NCBI GenBank assembly: GCA_040752415.1
Contig: JBFMGU010000026.1
Location: forward strand, 1 to 61,290
DNA from: Myxococcota bacterium
GTDB taxonomy: Bacteria > Myxococcota > JACRCW01
Direction: 5' to 3'
DNA: 61,290 bases
The notes beneath the pieces were generated by a model. It saw only the letters and a program-made list of their open reading frames with translations, was not told the origin of the DNA and ran no database searches. Shown piece by piece: positions 1-8,603 of this stretch (the stretch's first letter is position 1; the number at the start of each line of letters is the position of its first letter). The translations under genes and the position numbers were made by a program.

Positions 1-189
1 ATTGGCAGGCATCAGAAAAAGGGTACGTCCTGCTCACCACTGGGCCGGGTTTGTCGTGTCGCAGGACTGACGTCGGAACAGAGCGCACGGTCCGAGAGGC
101 CAACGGGGGCCCAACCCCAGTCAGTCCAGCGAAACGCGCCTCGCCGCCCAGAAATGAGCAGGACGTACCCGTTTCTGATGCCTGCCAAT
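1..189. repeat. ~190 bp element bounded by ~35 bp inverted repeats (MITE/REPIN-like or structured RNA)
   Basis: 1-36 ATTGGCAGGCATCAGAAAAAGGGTACGTCCTGCTCA is the reverse complement of 155-189 TGAGCAGGACGTACCCGTTTCTGATGCCTGCCAAT except for one mismatch and a 1-nt indel. Nested inner stems: CTGGGC/GCCCAG and GGACTGAC/GTCAGTCC. Confidence 0.85.
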
Positions 190-509
190 CTCATTGGCGG
201 AGCCAAGAGCGTCGTCCCAATTGAGCCGCACCCAACCCGCATTCCGCAACCCACCTCCCTACCGCCACCAAGGTAGAGCCCTGCCGACGATGACGTCGTG
301 AAAAGTGGTCCACGAGGGCAGGGCTTGGTGAATTTCCAGGTGCAGCCTCGGCTGCCGGCGATACCGACGGTCGCCTGATCCGCATCACGTGGGGACGACG
401 ACGCAGCGGGTGTGGGGAAGGGGGGCGAGCGGGCGCAACGGCGTGAAACGTGGGGGGTTGGGTGTTCGCCCGCCTCGTCAACACGGGCAGATTGTTCTGA
501 CGCAGCCCC

Positions 510-2048
510 TCACTGCTCGGGCGTGTCGATGCTGAACTGCTTCATCTTGGCGGCCAGCGTGTTGCGCGCAATGCCGAGGCGACGTGCGGCCTCAGACTGG
601 TTGAAGTTGGTCTCCGCGAGGATGGCGCGCACCTGTTCCTCGGTCAGCGCCCGTGCGTCCGCCTTCAGCTTGGCGGGAATGACACGGGGATTGGTGACCT
701 CCACCAACGTCTGCGTGGGCGTCTTGCGCAACAGGTTGCCCGCCTCGGCGCGCAGCATCTCCACCATCGGGTCGCGCCCGGCACCAAATGCCTCGTCACG
801 CTCCCGCAGGTGCCGCTCCACGTCGCTGCGACGCAACACCAGGCGACGCTGCGGCGCGGGCGCTCCCGCGTTCTCCGCGAGCGCAATCTGGCTCAGGGCC
901 ATGATCATGGCGCGCAGCTGACGGATCTGACCCGGCCACGGCGCATCCACCGCGGCGGCCACCGCCTCGTCGGTGATCACGATGGGCACGCCGAGCATGC
1001 GGCTCTGCTCATTGACGAAGACCGTCACCAGTCCGGGGATGTCCTCGCGTCGCTCGTCGAGGGTGGGCATCTTCCACATGTGGCCTTCGGCCAGGCGCTC
1101 GCACAGGTCGGCGCGCAGACCGCTCTGCGCCAGGGGACGCTTGGAGGCGCTCACCAGTCGGAAGATGGGCGCGCGCACCACCGGCGTGCGGGAGCCCAAC
1201 GGCGAGAGGTCACCGCTGCCCTCCAGCACGTCGAGCAGGAAGCCTTGTGCGAGCGGATGGAGGCTCTCCACCTCGTCGAGGAAGAGCGTGCCGCCGTCCG
1301 CCTGGATGAACTTGCCGGTGCGCGACGACTCCGCGCCGGTGAACGCGCCACGCACGTGACCGAGCAGCTCGCTGTGCAGCGCGGCGGGATCCTGCGGCAG
1401 TCGCGCGCAGTTGATGGGGACGAAGGGGCCGGTGCCCTGGCTCTTGAGGTGGATCTGTCGCGCGGTGTGCGTCTTGCCGCTGCCCGAGGGACCCAGCAGG
1501 AACACCGGCACGCGCGTGCGCGCCGCCAGCTCGATGCGCGCCGCGAAGGCGCGGGACACCGGCGAGATCAGCGCGGCATCCTCCGTGGGGTCCTCCGACG
1601 TGGGCAGCGCGGACGCACCCACCACCTCCAGCCGCGCCTCCGGCGTGCCCAATTCCACGACGTCACCCACGAAGAGCTCGACGGGCTTGTGCGCGGGCAA
1701 CGGCACCGCCACGTCCGCACCGGGACGACGCAGCGTGCTCCCGTTGCGACTGTCATAGTCCTGGAAGAACCAGCGTCCCTCCTCGCTGCGCAGCACCGCG
1801 TGCAGGCGGGACACCGCGCCGGACTCGAACACCACGTCGGCGGCGTCGTGACGGCCGAGCACGTAGCGCTCCTCCCGCAGCATGAGCAGCGCGGGCGGCA
1901 TCTGGTCGCGGTGCACCCGCAGCGCCACCGCACGCTCCGCGCGCCACGGCGTCTTCATCTCCACCAGCTCGGGCGCCGGTCCCAGGGAACCCGGCATCAC
2001 CACCCGTCGCTCCCGACCCGCCGACGTCCGCTCCGCGCGCGCCGCCAT
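510..2048 (-). CDS. FHA-domain sigma54-dependent enhancer-binding protein (FHA + AAA+ + Fis HTH)
   Basis: FHA motifs (LGR, VSRLHA, DYDSRNGS), Walker A GPSGSGKT, GAFTGA, Walker B FLDEVE, C-terminal NQSEAARRLGIARNTL. ATG at 2048 is preceded by GGAGG. Confidence 0.92.
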   Translation of the reverse strand: MAARAERTSAGRERRVVMPGSLGPAPELVEMKTPWRAERAVALRVHRDQMPPALLMLREERYVLGRHDAADVVFESGAVSRLHAVLRSEEGRWFFQDYDSRNGSTLRRPGADVAVPLPAHKPVELFVGDVVELGTPEARLEVVGASALPTSEDPTEDAALISPVSRAFAARIELAARTRVPVFLLGPSGSGKTHTARQIHLKSQGTGPFVPINCARLPQDPAALHSELLGHVRGAFTGAESSRTGKFIQADGGTLFLDEVESLHPLAQGFLLDVLEGSGDLSPLGSRTPVVRAPIFRLVSASKRPLAQSGLRADLCERLAEGHMWKMPTLDERREDIPGLVTVFVNEQSRMLGVPIVITDEAVAAAVDAPWPGQIRQLRAMIMALSQIALAENAGAPAPQRRLVLRRSDVERHLRERDEAFGAGRDPMVEMLRAEAGNLLRKTPTQTLVEVTNPRVIPAKLKADARALTEEQVRAILAETNFNQSEAARRLGIARNTLAAKMKQFSIDTPEQ

Positions 2049-2062
2049 TCCCACCTCCGTAC

Positions 2063-2145
2063 CGCTCCTTTTGAGCATCCCACAGCGCACCTCATTGCTC
2101 AATTTGAGCAGGTGGCTGCCGCTTTTGTGCGACCAGGCTGCTCAA
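2063..2145. promoter_or_regulatory. Palindromic operator/enhancer sites TGCTCAA-N-TTGAGCA
   Basis: Perfect palindrome TGCTCAATTTGAGCA at 2096-2110, an imperfect copy CGCTCCTTTTGAGCA at 2063-2077 (33 bp apart) and a half-site TGCTCAA at 2139-2145, all in the divergent intergenic region. Confidence 0.6.
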
Positions 2146-2211
2146 CGCCCGGCTGCGGTGGGGACTTTGCACGACGAATGCCGGCGCATCGGGATGCTAT
2201 GAGGCGCGACC

Positions 2212-3903
2212 ATGAACAAGACGACCTGCTCGATTGTTGCGGCCCTCACCTGCATGGGCACCGCACTGACCTTTGCCGCCGACGCGGCGCTCCCCGACGA
2301 GAAACAGCTCCGCACCATGAGCGCGCGGTTTGCACCCGTGGACCTGGTGGTGGACGTGTCCACACTGCCCGCCAACGAACAGAAGGCGCTGGCGCGCATG
2401 GTGGAAGCGGCGCGGGTGATGGACGCGCTCTTCCTCCGCCAGGTGTGGGCGGGCAATGAGACCATGTTGCTGGGACTGCTCGGCGACAGCTCACCGCTGG
2501 GACGCGCGCGCACGGACTATTTCCTGCTCAACATGGGGCCGTGGTCACGGCTGGACCACGCGGCGCCGTTCATCCCGGGTGCGCCGATCAAGCCGGAGGG
2601 GGCGAACTTCTATCCTTCCGACGCCACCAAGGCGGAAGTGGAGGCGTGGCTCAAGGCGTTGCCGGAAGCGGAGCGCGCCCACGCGAGCGGATTCTTCACC
2701 ACGATCCGCCGTACCGCCGACGGGAAGCTCATGGCGGTGCCCTACTCGGTGGAATACCAGGGTGAGCTGCAACACGCTGCGCGCCTGCTGCGGGAGGCCG
2801 CCGCGCTCACCACGCAGCCGACGCTGAAGGCGTACCTGGACAAGCGCGCCGCCGCGTTCCTCAGCAACGACTACTACGCCAGCGACGTGGCCTGGATGGA
2901 GCTGGACGCCTCCGTCGAGCCGACCATTGGACCCTACGAGGTCTACGAGGACGAGTGGTTCAACTACAAGGCGGCCTTCGAGGCGTTCATCACCGTGCGC
3001 GACGACGTGGAGACGCAGAAGCTCACGAAGTTCAGCGCGCGGCTGCAGGAGATCGAGAACAACCTGCCCATTGACGCCAAGCACCGGAACCCCAAGCTCG
3101 GCGCGCTGGCGCCCATCCGCGTGGTGAACCAGGTCATGGCCAGTGGCGACGGAAACCGGGGCGTCAAGACCGCCGCGTTCAACCTGCCCAACGACGAGCG
3201 CGTGGTGAAGGAGAAGGGCAGCAAGCGCGTCATGCTCAAGAACGTGCAGGAAGCCAAGTTCAAGATGGTGCTGGTGCCCATTGCCGCGGTGGCGCTCTCG
3301 TCGGCGGACCAGAAGAGCGTGGCGTTCGACGCCTTCTTCACGCACATCCTCATGCACGAGCTGATGCACGGATTGGGACCGCACAACATCAAGGCGGGCG
3401 GCAAGGACACCACCGTGCGCGCGCAGCTCAAGGAGACCTACAGCGCCATGGAGGAGGCCAAGGCGGACATCTCCGGCCTGTTCGCGCTGCAATACCTCGT
3501 CGACAAAGGCGCGCTGGACAAGAGCATGGAGACCACGATGTACACCACGTTCCTGGCCTCCTCCTTCCGCACCATCCGCTTTGGCATCAACGAGGCGCAC
3601 GGGAAGGGTCAGGCCATCCAGCTGAACTACCTGCTGGACAAGGGCGCGTTCGTCGTGGGGAAGGACGGGACGTTCTCCGTCAACAAGGCCAAGGTGCGCG
3701 ACGCGGTGAAGGCGCTGACCCGCGAGATCATGACCATCCAGGCGGAAGGCAGCTACGAGAAGGCCAAGGCGCTCATTGCCAAGTACGCCGTCATCCGCCC
3801 GGAGACGCAGCGCGTGCTGGACAAGCTGCAGACCGTTCCCGTCGACATCGCTCCGCGTTTTGTGACCGCGGACAAGTTGTTGGCGGATCACGCCGCGAAG
3901 TGA
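2212..3903 (+). CDS. Secreted peptidase M49 / dipeptidyl peptidase III-like protein (HEXXH type)
   Basis: Signal peptide (..ALTFA-AD); HELMHGLGP and EEAKAD zinc motifs; AFNLPNDERV segment typical of bacterial and Nudix-type DPP III. Confidence 0.85.
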   Translation: MNKTTCSIVAALTCMGTALTFAADAALPDEKQLRTMSARFAPVDLVVDVSTLPANEQKALARMVEAARVMDALFLRQVWAGNETMLLGLLGDSSPLGRARTDYFLLNMGPWSRLDHAAPFIPGAPIKPEGANFYPSDATKAEVEAWLKALPEAERAHASGFFTTIRRTADGKLMAVPYSVEYQGELQHAARLLREAAALTTQPTLKAYLDKRAAAFLSNDYYASDVAWMELDASVEPTIGPYEVYEDEWFNYKAAFEAFITVRDDVETQKLTKFSARLQEIENNLPIDAKHRNPKLGALAPIRVVNQVMASGDGNRGVKTAAFNLPNDERVVKEKGSKRVMLKNVQEAKFKMVLVPIAAVALSSADQKSVAFDAFFTHILMHELMHGLGPHNIKAGGKDTTVRAQLKETYSAMEEAKADISGLFALQYLVDKGALDKSMETTMYTTFLASSFRTIRFGINEAHGKGQAIQLNYLLDKGAFVVGKDGTFSVNKAKVRDAVKALTREIMTIQAEGSYEKAKALIAKYAVIRPETQRVLDKLQTVPVDIAPRFVTADKLLADHAAK

Positions 3904-3906
3904 TGC

Positions 3907-4572
3907 TCATTCCGGGGCCCGGCGGCTCGTCGAGCGGAAGAGCTCGCGCGCCAGCCAGAAGGCCCCCACCGTCGCAATCCCGACGACGGCGACCGGCCCG
4001 CTGAGCACGCTGACTCCCGCACCGCCGAGGAAGAGAAGCTGCCCGACGATGGTGACGGCGCCGAGGACAGGCGCGGGTGCGACGTCGATCCGGGAGCCCA
4101 GGGCCAGGCCTGCGACCATGGCGAGGAATCCGCCGATGGCGAGCAACCCGCCGGGGAGCGCGCCCATGAGCACGTCGTGCGCGGGTCTCCGACGGAGCCA
4201 GGCCCCCGCCACGCCGCCCACGGTGGCCCCGATGGCGCCGCACGGGCCGATGGCGAACAGACCCGGTACCCCAAGCACCAGGCCCGCCAACACGCCGACG
4301 ATGAGCAGCACGAGGCCGCCGGGGCCGTCGAGGAGCGAGGCGCGGTAGCCCATGCCCAACGTCGTGGCCACACCGGCTGCCATCAGCGCGACGGGACCCG
4401 CGGCGAACAGACCGTAGCCGCACACTCCCGCGCCGGCGGCCACCGTTCCGTCGACGCATGCCGCCCATGCGTTCGTGGGAGGGTCCTCCTCGGAGAGCGG
4501 CTCCCCCGCGAACGCAGGCGCGGCGAGCAGCATGCAACCCAGCAAGAGCATCATTCGCCATGACCCGCGCAT
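3907..4572 (-). CDS. Hypothetical Gly/Ala-rich membrane protein with signal peptide
   Basis: GGAGG before the ATG; signal-like LLAAPAFA; several hydrophobic segments. Confidence 0.6.
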   Translation of the reverse strand: MRGSWRMMLLLGCMLLAAPAFAGEPLSEEDPPTNAWAACVDGTVAAGAGVCGYGLFAAGPVALMAAGVATTLGMGYRASLLDGPGGLVLLIVGVLAGLVLGVPGLFAIGPCGAIGATVGGVAGAWLRRRPAHDVLMGALPGGLLAIGGFLAMVAGLALGSRIDVAPAPVLGAVTIVGQLLFLGGAGVSVLSGPVAVVGIATVGAFWLARELFRSTSRRAPE

Positions 4573-4738
4573 GGACCCTCCGGACGCCGCGAAGGACTGC
4601 AAGCGGTGTGCTCGCGTGCGTCGCAACGGTTGCTCGACGCGGAAGCAGCCCCGCGCATTCCCTGCGTGACCGTGTGATGCGTCGTGGGCGGGACGCGGTT
4701 GTTTGCGCGCACGTCGACGGCGACGTTGGGATTCACGA

Positions 4739-4754
4739 TGGAACGGGGCCTGCT
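4739..4754 (+). promoter_or_regulatory. Candidate sigma54 (-24/-12) promoter
   Basis: TGGAAC-GGGGC-CTGCT with exact GG-N10-GC spacing, ~45 nt upstream of the HD-GYP start. Confidence 0.4.
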
Positions 4755-4797
4755 AGCGCGGGGCATGGGCACTACCTCATGCGCGGAGGAGGTGGCG

Positions 4798-6006
4798 ATG
4801 ACCGGAACCTTGTACACGCACGACGACCTCCTGCAGGACCTGGGACGCAGGCGCCCGCTGACGGCACACCTCATGACCATCCATGACGACGTGCGTCGCC
4901 GGTATCCGTTCATCACGCGCATGGCGGTGGCCATCCATGATGCGCGGACCCGACAGGTGCGGACGTTCCTGGCCTCCACGCCCCGACCTGGGACGCTGGC
5001 GCACCACGAGGTCACCCTGGCGCAGGCCCCTTCCCTGGAACAGCTGGCCGAGCTGGGACGCCACCGCGTGGTCAATGACATGGGCATCTTTGCGGAAGGA
5101 AAACACACGCACACGCAACGGCTTGCCGCGGAGGGCTTCCAGGCCAGCTACACCATGCTGCTCCGCTTCCACGACGAGGTGGAGGGCTTCCTGTTCTTCA
5201 ATGCCACCGAGAAGAACGTGTTCACGGAGCCCGTGCTGCATGACCTGGATGTCTACGGTCACCTTGTGGAGCAGGTGGTGCTCACGGAGCTGGTCTCCAT
5301 CCGCTTCCTGCATGCCGCGTTGCGCGTGATGCTGCACATGGTCCACCAACGCGACCCCGAGACCGGCGCCCACCTCGAGCGGATGGCGCGGTACGCCAAG
5401 CTCATTGCGCTGCAGCTCGCGGCCCGGGGACATCCCGGCCTGGATGATGAGGCGGTGGAGCGCATCTTCGCGTTCGCGCCGCTGCACGACGTGGGAAAGG
5501 TGGCCACGCCCGACCGGGTGCTGCAGAAGCCCGGCGCGCTGAGCCCGGAAGAGCTGACCATCATGCGGCAGCACACCACGCGCGGCCGCGAGATCATCGA
5601 CGGGCTGGTGCAGGACCTGGGCATCAACCAGTTCGAGCACCTGGACGTGTTGCGCAACATCACCGAGTACCACCACGAGAAGCTCGACGGCACGGGATAT
5701 CCGCGGGCGCTCAAGGGCACGGAAATCCCCCTGGAGGCGCGCATCGTGGCGGTGGCGGACGTGTATGACGCGCTTACCTCACGACGAGCGTACAAGCCCG
5801 CGTGGTCCCACGACGCGGCCAGTGCGGCCCTCAAGCGGCTGGCGGGAGGTGCGCTGGATGATGCCTGCGTGCACGCGCTGCTCGACGACGTGAACGCGTT
5901 GCGTGAGGTGCAGCGGCAATTCCCCGATCACCCGGAGACCGCGCTGGGTGCGCCGCCATGGAACGGAATGCTGGCGCCTCCGCCGCCCGCCGCGCCGCCG
6001 TCATGA
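4798..6006 (+). CDS. GAF + HD-GYP cyclic-dinucleotide phosphodiesterase
   Basis: RDPETGAHLER, LHDVGKV, HHEKLDGTGYP, VADVYDALTSRRAYK; GGAGGAGG RBS before ATG 4798. Confidence 0.9.
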   Translation: MTGTLYTHDDLLQDLGRRRPLTAHLMTIHDDVRRRYPFITRMAVAIHDARTRQVRTFLASTPRPGTLAHHEVTLAQAPSLEQLAELGRHRVVNDMGIFAEGKHTHTQRLAAEGFQASYTMLLRFHDEVEGFLFFNATEKNVFTEPVLHDLDVYGHLVEQVVLTELVSIRFLHAALRVMLHMVHQRDPETGAHLERMARYAKLIALQLAARGHPGLDDEAVERIFAFAPLHDVGKVATPDRVLQKPGALSPEELTIMRQHTTRGREIIDGLVQDLGINQFEHLDVLRNITEYHHEKLDGTGYPRALKGTEIPLEARIVAVADVYDALTSRRAYKPAWSHDAASAALKRLAGGALDDACVHALLDDVNALREVQRQFPDHPETALGAPPWNGMLAPPPPAAPPS

Positions 6007-6998
6007 AGCCCGTCCGTCTCGCGGTGGCCGCGTCGGTGCCGTTCCTGCTCGTGGCCCTGGGCACGGCCGGATACCACTTCATCGAGGGGTGGTCGCTCTT
6101 TGATTCGCTGTACATGACGATCATTACGCTGACGACGGTGGGATTCCTGGAGGTCCACGATCTCTCCACCGCCGGGCGGGCGTTCACCATGGCGCTGCTC
6201 TCCGGTGGCGTCTTCACCATGTTCTTCTTTGCCACGGAGGTGATCCGCGCCGTGGTGAGCGGGCAGCTCAGGGACTACCTCGGGAGACAGCGCATGGAGC
6301 GCGCACTTGGAAGCATGAAGGACCACTTCGTGGTGTGCGGTCACGGTCGCATGGGTCGCTTGGTGTGCCAGGAGCTCGACGAGCAGAAGCTCCCCTTCGT
6401 GACCATCGACCGGAACGAAGCGGTGCTGGCCACGCCGGAATGGAAGCACGGGGTGGGACTGGTGGGTGACGCCACCGACGACGCCGTGCTGCGGAAGGCC
6501 GGCATTGACCGCGCCCGCGCCGTGATCACCGTGGTGCCATCCGACGCCGACAACCTCTACATCACCCTGAGCGCGCGACTGCTCAGCGAGCGGGTCTTCA
6601 TCGTGGCGCGCGCGGAGGACCCGGAGGCGGAATCCAAGCTCACCCGCGCCGGGGCGAACCGCGTGGTGGCGCCGTACGTCATCGGCGGAAGCCGGGTGGT
6701 GCAGGCCGTGCTCCGCCCGACGGTGCTGGACTTCATTGACCTGGCCACCAGGACCCAGCACATGGCGTTGCAGATGGAGGAGACGCTGGTGCTGGACGGG
6801 AGCAGGCTGGTGCGTCGCAGCCTGGGCGAGTTGCAGCTCAGCAAGGAGCTGCAGGTGATTGTGGTGGCCATCAAGCGCGCCGCGGGACCCATGCTGTTCA
6901 ATCCCGCCGCCGAGACGCGCATCGAGCCGGGGGACATCCTCATCACGCTGGGCGCGCGCAACAACCTGGACCGGCTGGATGGCCTGGCGCGCGCGTGA
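6003..6998 (+). CDS. 2TM potassium channel with TrkA-N/TrkA-C (RCK) domains
   Basis: TM-pore-TM with filter-like TLTTVGF; Rossmann VVCGHGRMG; GDATDDAVL; C-terminal RCK_C (VVAIKR..NP..IEPGDILI). Overlaps the HD-GYP gene by ATGA. Confidence 0.9.
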   Translation: MKPVRLAVAASVPFLLVALGTAGYHFIEGWSLFDSLYMTIITLTTVGFLEVHDLSTAGRAFTMALLSGGVFTMFFFATEVIRAVVSGQLRDYLGRQRMERALGSMKDHFVVCGHGRMGRLVCQELDEQKLPFVTIDRNEAVLATPEWKHGVGLVGDATDDAVLRKAGIDRARAVITVVPSDADNLYITLSARLLSERVFIVARAEDPEAESKLTRAGANRVVAPYVIGGSRVVQAVLRPTVLDFIDLATRTQHMALQMEETLVLDGSRLVRRSLGELQLSKELQVIVVAIKRAAGPMLFNPAAETRIEPGDILITLGARNNLDRLDGLARA

Positions 6999-7007
6999 GT
7001 GACGTCG

Positions 7008-7616
7008 TCACCGGCCGGCGTGGTGGGTCTGGAAGACCACCAGGATCTCACGCAGGTTGTTGAACTCCGCGGCCAGGCGCGCATCCTTCCCGACGAGAAC
7101 AAACGGATAATCCTGAGGTGGGTCCATCTCGTGCTGCCACAGCACACCGCCGAGGTCACCCTTGTCCGTGAGGAACGTGGCGCTGAGCGCGGCCTTGTTG
7201 CCCCACCCGCCGTCCATGCGACCCACCACCGCGCGCAGGAAGTACCGCCCGTCGGAGTCGACGCCGAAGAACACGTTCTGCGCGTGGAAGTTCACCGCGG
7301 GCAGGCGGCCGCCGAACGCGTAGCGTCGATGGATCTCGCCGTAGGAGCCGCCCTTGAAGTGCAGGTTCCAACCCTGCACGGTGTGCACCTGCGCGGTCAT
7401 GAAGCTGCGTTTCTCCACCGTGCCGGTGCGCGCGTCCTTCAGCGCGTCCGACGTCACCAGCGGCTTCTCCGGGAACTCACCGCGGTGCTCCATCATGGTG
7501 CGCTGGTAGGCGTTGAAGGCCACCACCGAGGCCACGGCGGGGTTGCGCCACTTGGGGTCGTGGATGCCCGTGGGGAGGTTGGGGTCGCGGTTGAGATTGA
7601 CCGGGTAGGTCTTCAA
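7008..7616 (-). CDS. Hypothetical protein (202 aa)
   Basis: TTG start with GAGGAG RBS, high-GC3 codon usage, 18 bp downstream of the PHP gene. Confidence 0.75.
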   Translation of the reverse strand: MKTYPVNLNRDPNLPTGIHDPKWRNPAVASVVAFNAYQRTMMEHRGEFPEKPLVTSDALKDARTGTVEKRSFMTAQVHTVQGWNLHFKGGSYGEIHRRYAFGGRLPAVNFHAQNVFFGVDSDGRYFLRAVVGRMDGGWGNKAALSATFLTDKGDLGGVLWQHEMDPPQDYPFVLVGKDARLAAEFNNLREILVVFQTHHAGR

Positions 7617-7634
7617 CGGGTTCTCCTCGTGGGC

Positions 7635-8504
7635 TCAGGCATCCGCCAGCCATTCCCGGGGCACGGGCATCTGCAGGATGCGCTCCAACGTGGCCACCGG
7701 CGTGCCGCTGGGCGGCTGGATGTAGCGCGCGTTCTGGTGGTCATCCGACGACGCGGTCCACAACTTCCCGTGCTTCTCGGCGTACTCGCGGAAACGTGCC
7801 GCGGCCTCCGCGTTGTGACGCGAGGTGTAGACCTCAATGCCGCTCACGTACTGCAGCACCCGCTCCATGCGCGCGTGGTCCTTGTAGCGCACCGCGTGGG
7901 CCACCACGTCGACGGCGCCGTCGGCGCGGATGGCGTCACACAGCTGCTCCGGCTCCCAGCCAAAGAGCTCCGCGTCCTCCGTCCAGAAGCGCACGTGGTG
8001 CTTGCGGAAGGGATCAAACAGCTCACGCTTGCGCGCCACCACGAGGTCAATGAACGACTGCAACGCCGGAAAGCGGTCCGGTCCCAGCGCGGCCAGCTTG
8101 CGCCCGGGGTCGATGGCCTCGCGATCCTCGACGGGGAGCGCGTCCAGCCACGCGAGCACGAACTCCCGCCACTTCTGCTGCACCTTGAGCCCGCGCTGGT
8201 AGAGGAACGTCTGCTCCAGGCGGTTCTCGACGAGGAACGAGGGCGGGTAGTACGCCAGCACGTGCACCTGCTCCGCCTTGTCCGTCCCGAAGTTGATGAA
8301 GGAGGTGGTCTCCATGGCGGGAACCAGCGTCATCCCGTACGCGTGCGCCACCCGCGCGCCCCGACGGACTGCGGCCATCACGTCGTGATCGGAGATGGCC
8401 ACCACGCGCATGCCCAGCGCGCGACGGAACGAGATGAACTCCTCCGGCGTGGCTCTCCCGTCGGAGAAGTAGGTGTGGCCGTGAAGGTCGGTTGAAACGA
8501 ACAT
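7635..8504 (-). CDS. PHP-domain metal-dependent phosphoesterase (TrpH/YciV-like)
   Basis: DLHGHTYFSDG, ISDHD, HVLAY, AHA and SSDDH metal-binding motifs. Confidence 0.88.
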   Translation of the reverse strand: MFVSTDLHGHTYFSDGRATPEEFISFRRALGMRVVAISDHDVMAAVRRGARVAHAYGMTLVPAMETTSFINFGTDKAEQVHVLAYYPPSFLVENRLEQTFLYQRGLKVQQKWREFVLAWLDALPVEDREAIDPGRKLAALGPDRFPALQSFIDLVVARKRELFDPFRKHHVRFWTEDAELFGWEPEQLCDAIRADGAVDVVAHAVRYKDHARMERVLQYVSGIEVYTSRHNAEAAARFREYAEKHGKLWTASSDDHQNARYIQPPSGTPVATLERILQMPVPREWLADA

Positions 8505-8527
8505 GGACCACCCGCGGATGCGCGCTG

Positions 8528-8556
8528 GGTATGGGGCGCCGCGACGCGCCTGTCAA
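8528..8556 (-). promoter_or_regulatory. Candidate sigma70 promoter of the PHP operon
   Basis: TTGACA-N17-CATACC on the minus strand just upstream of the start codon. Confidence 0.4.
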
Positions 8557-8603
8557 ACCCGCTTGCGTCCACCCACCACGCTCCAGGGATGCTGGGGCTT
8601 CCC

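Noticed and set aside
12..484. Short ORFs 12-254 and 191-484
   Set aside because: No RBS, atypical composition, and they overlap inverted-repeat structures.
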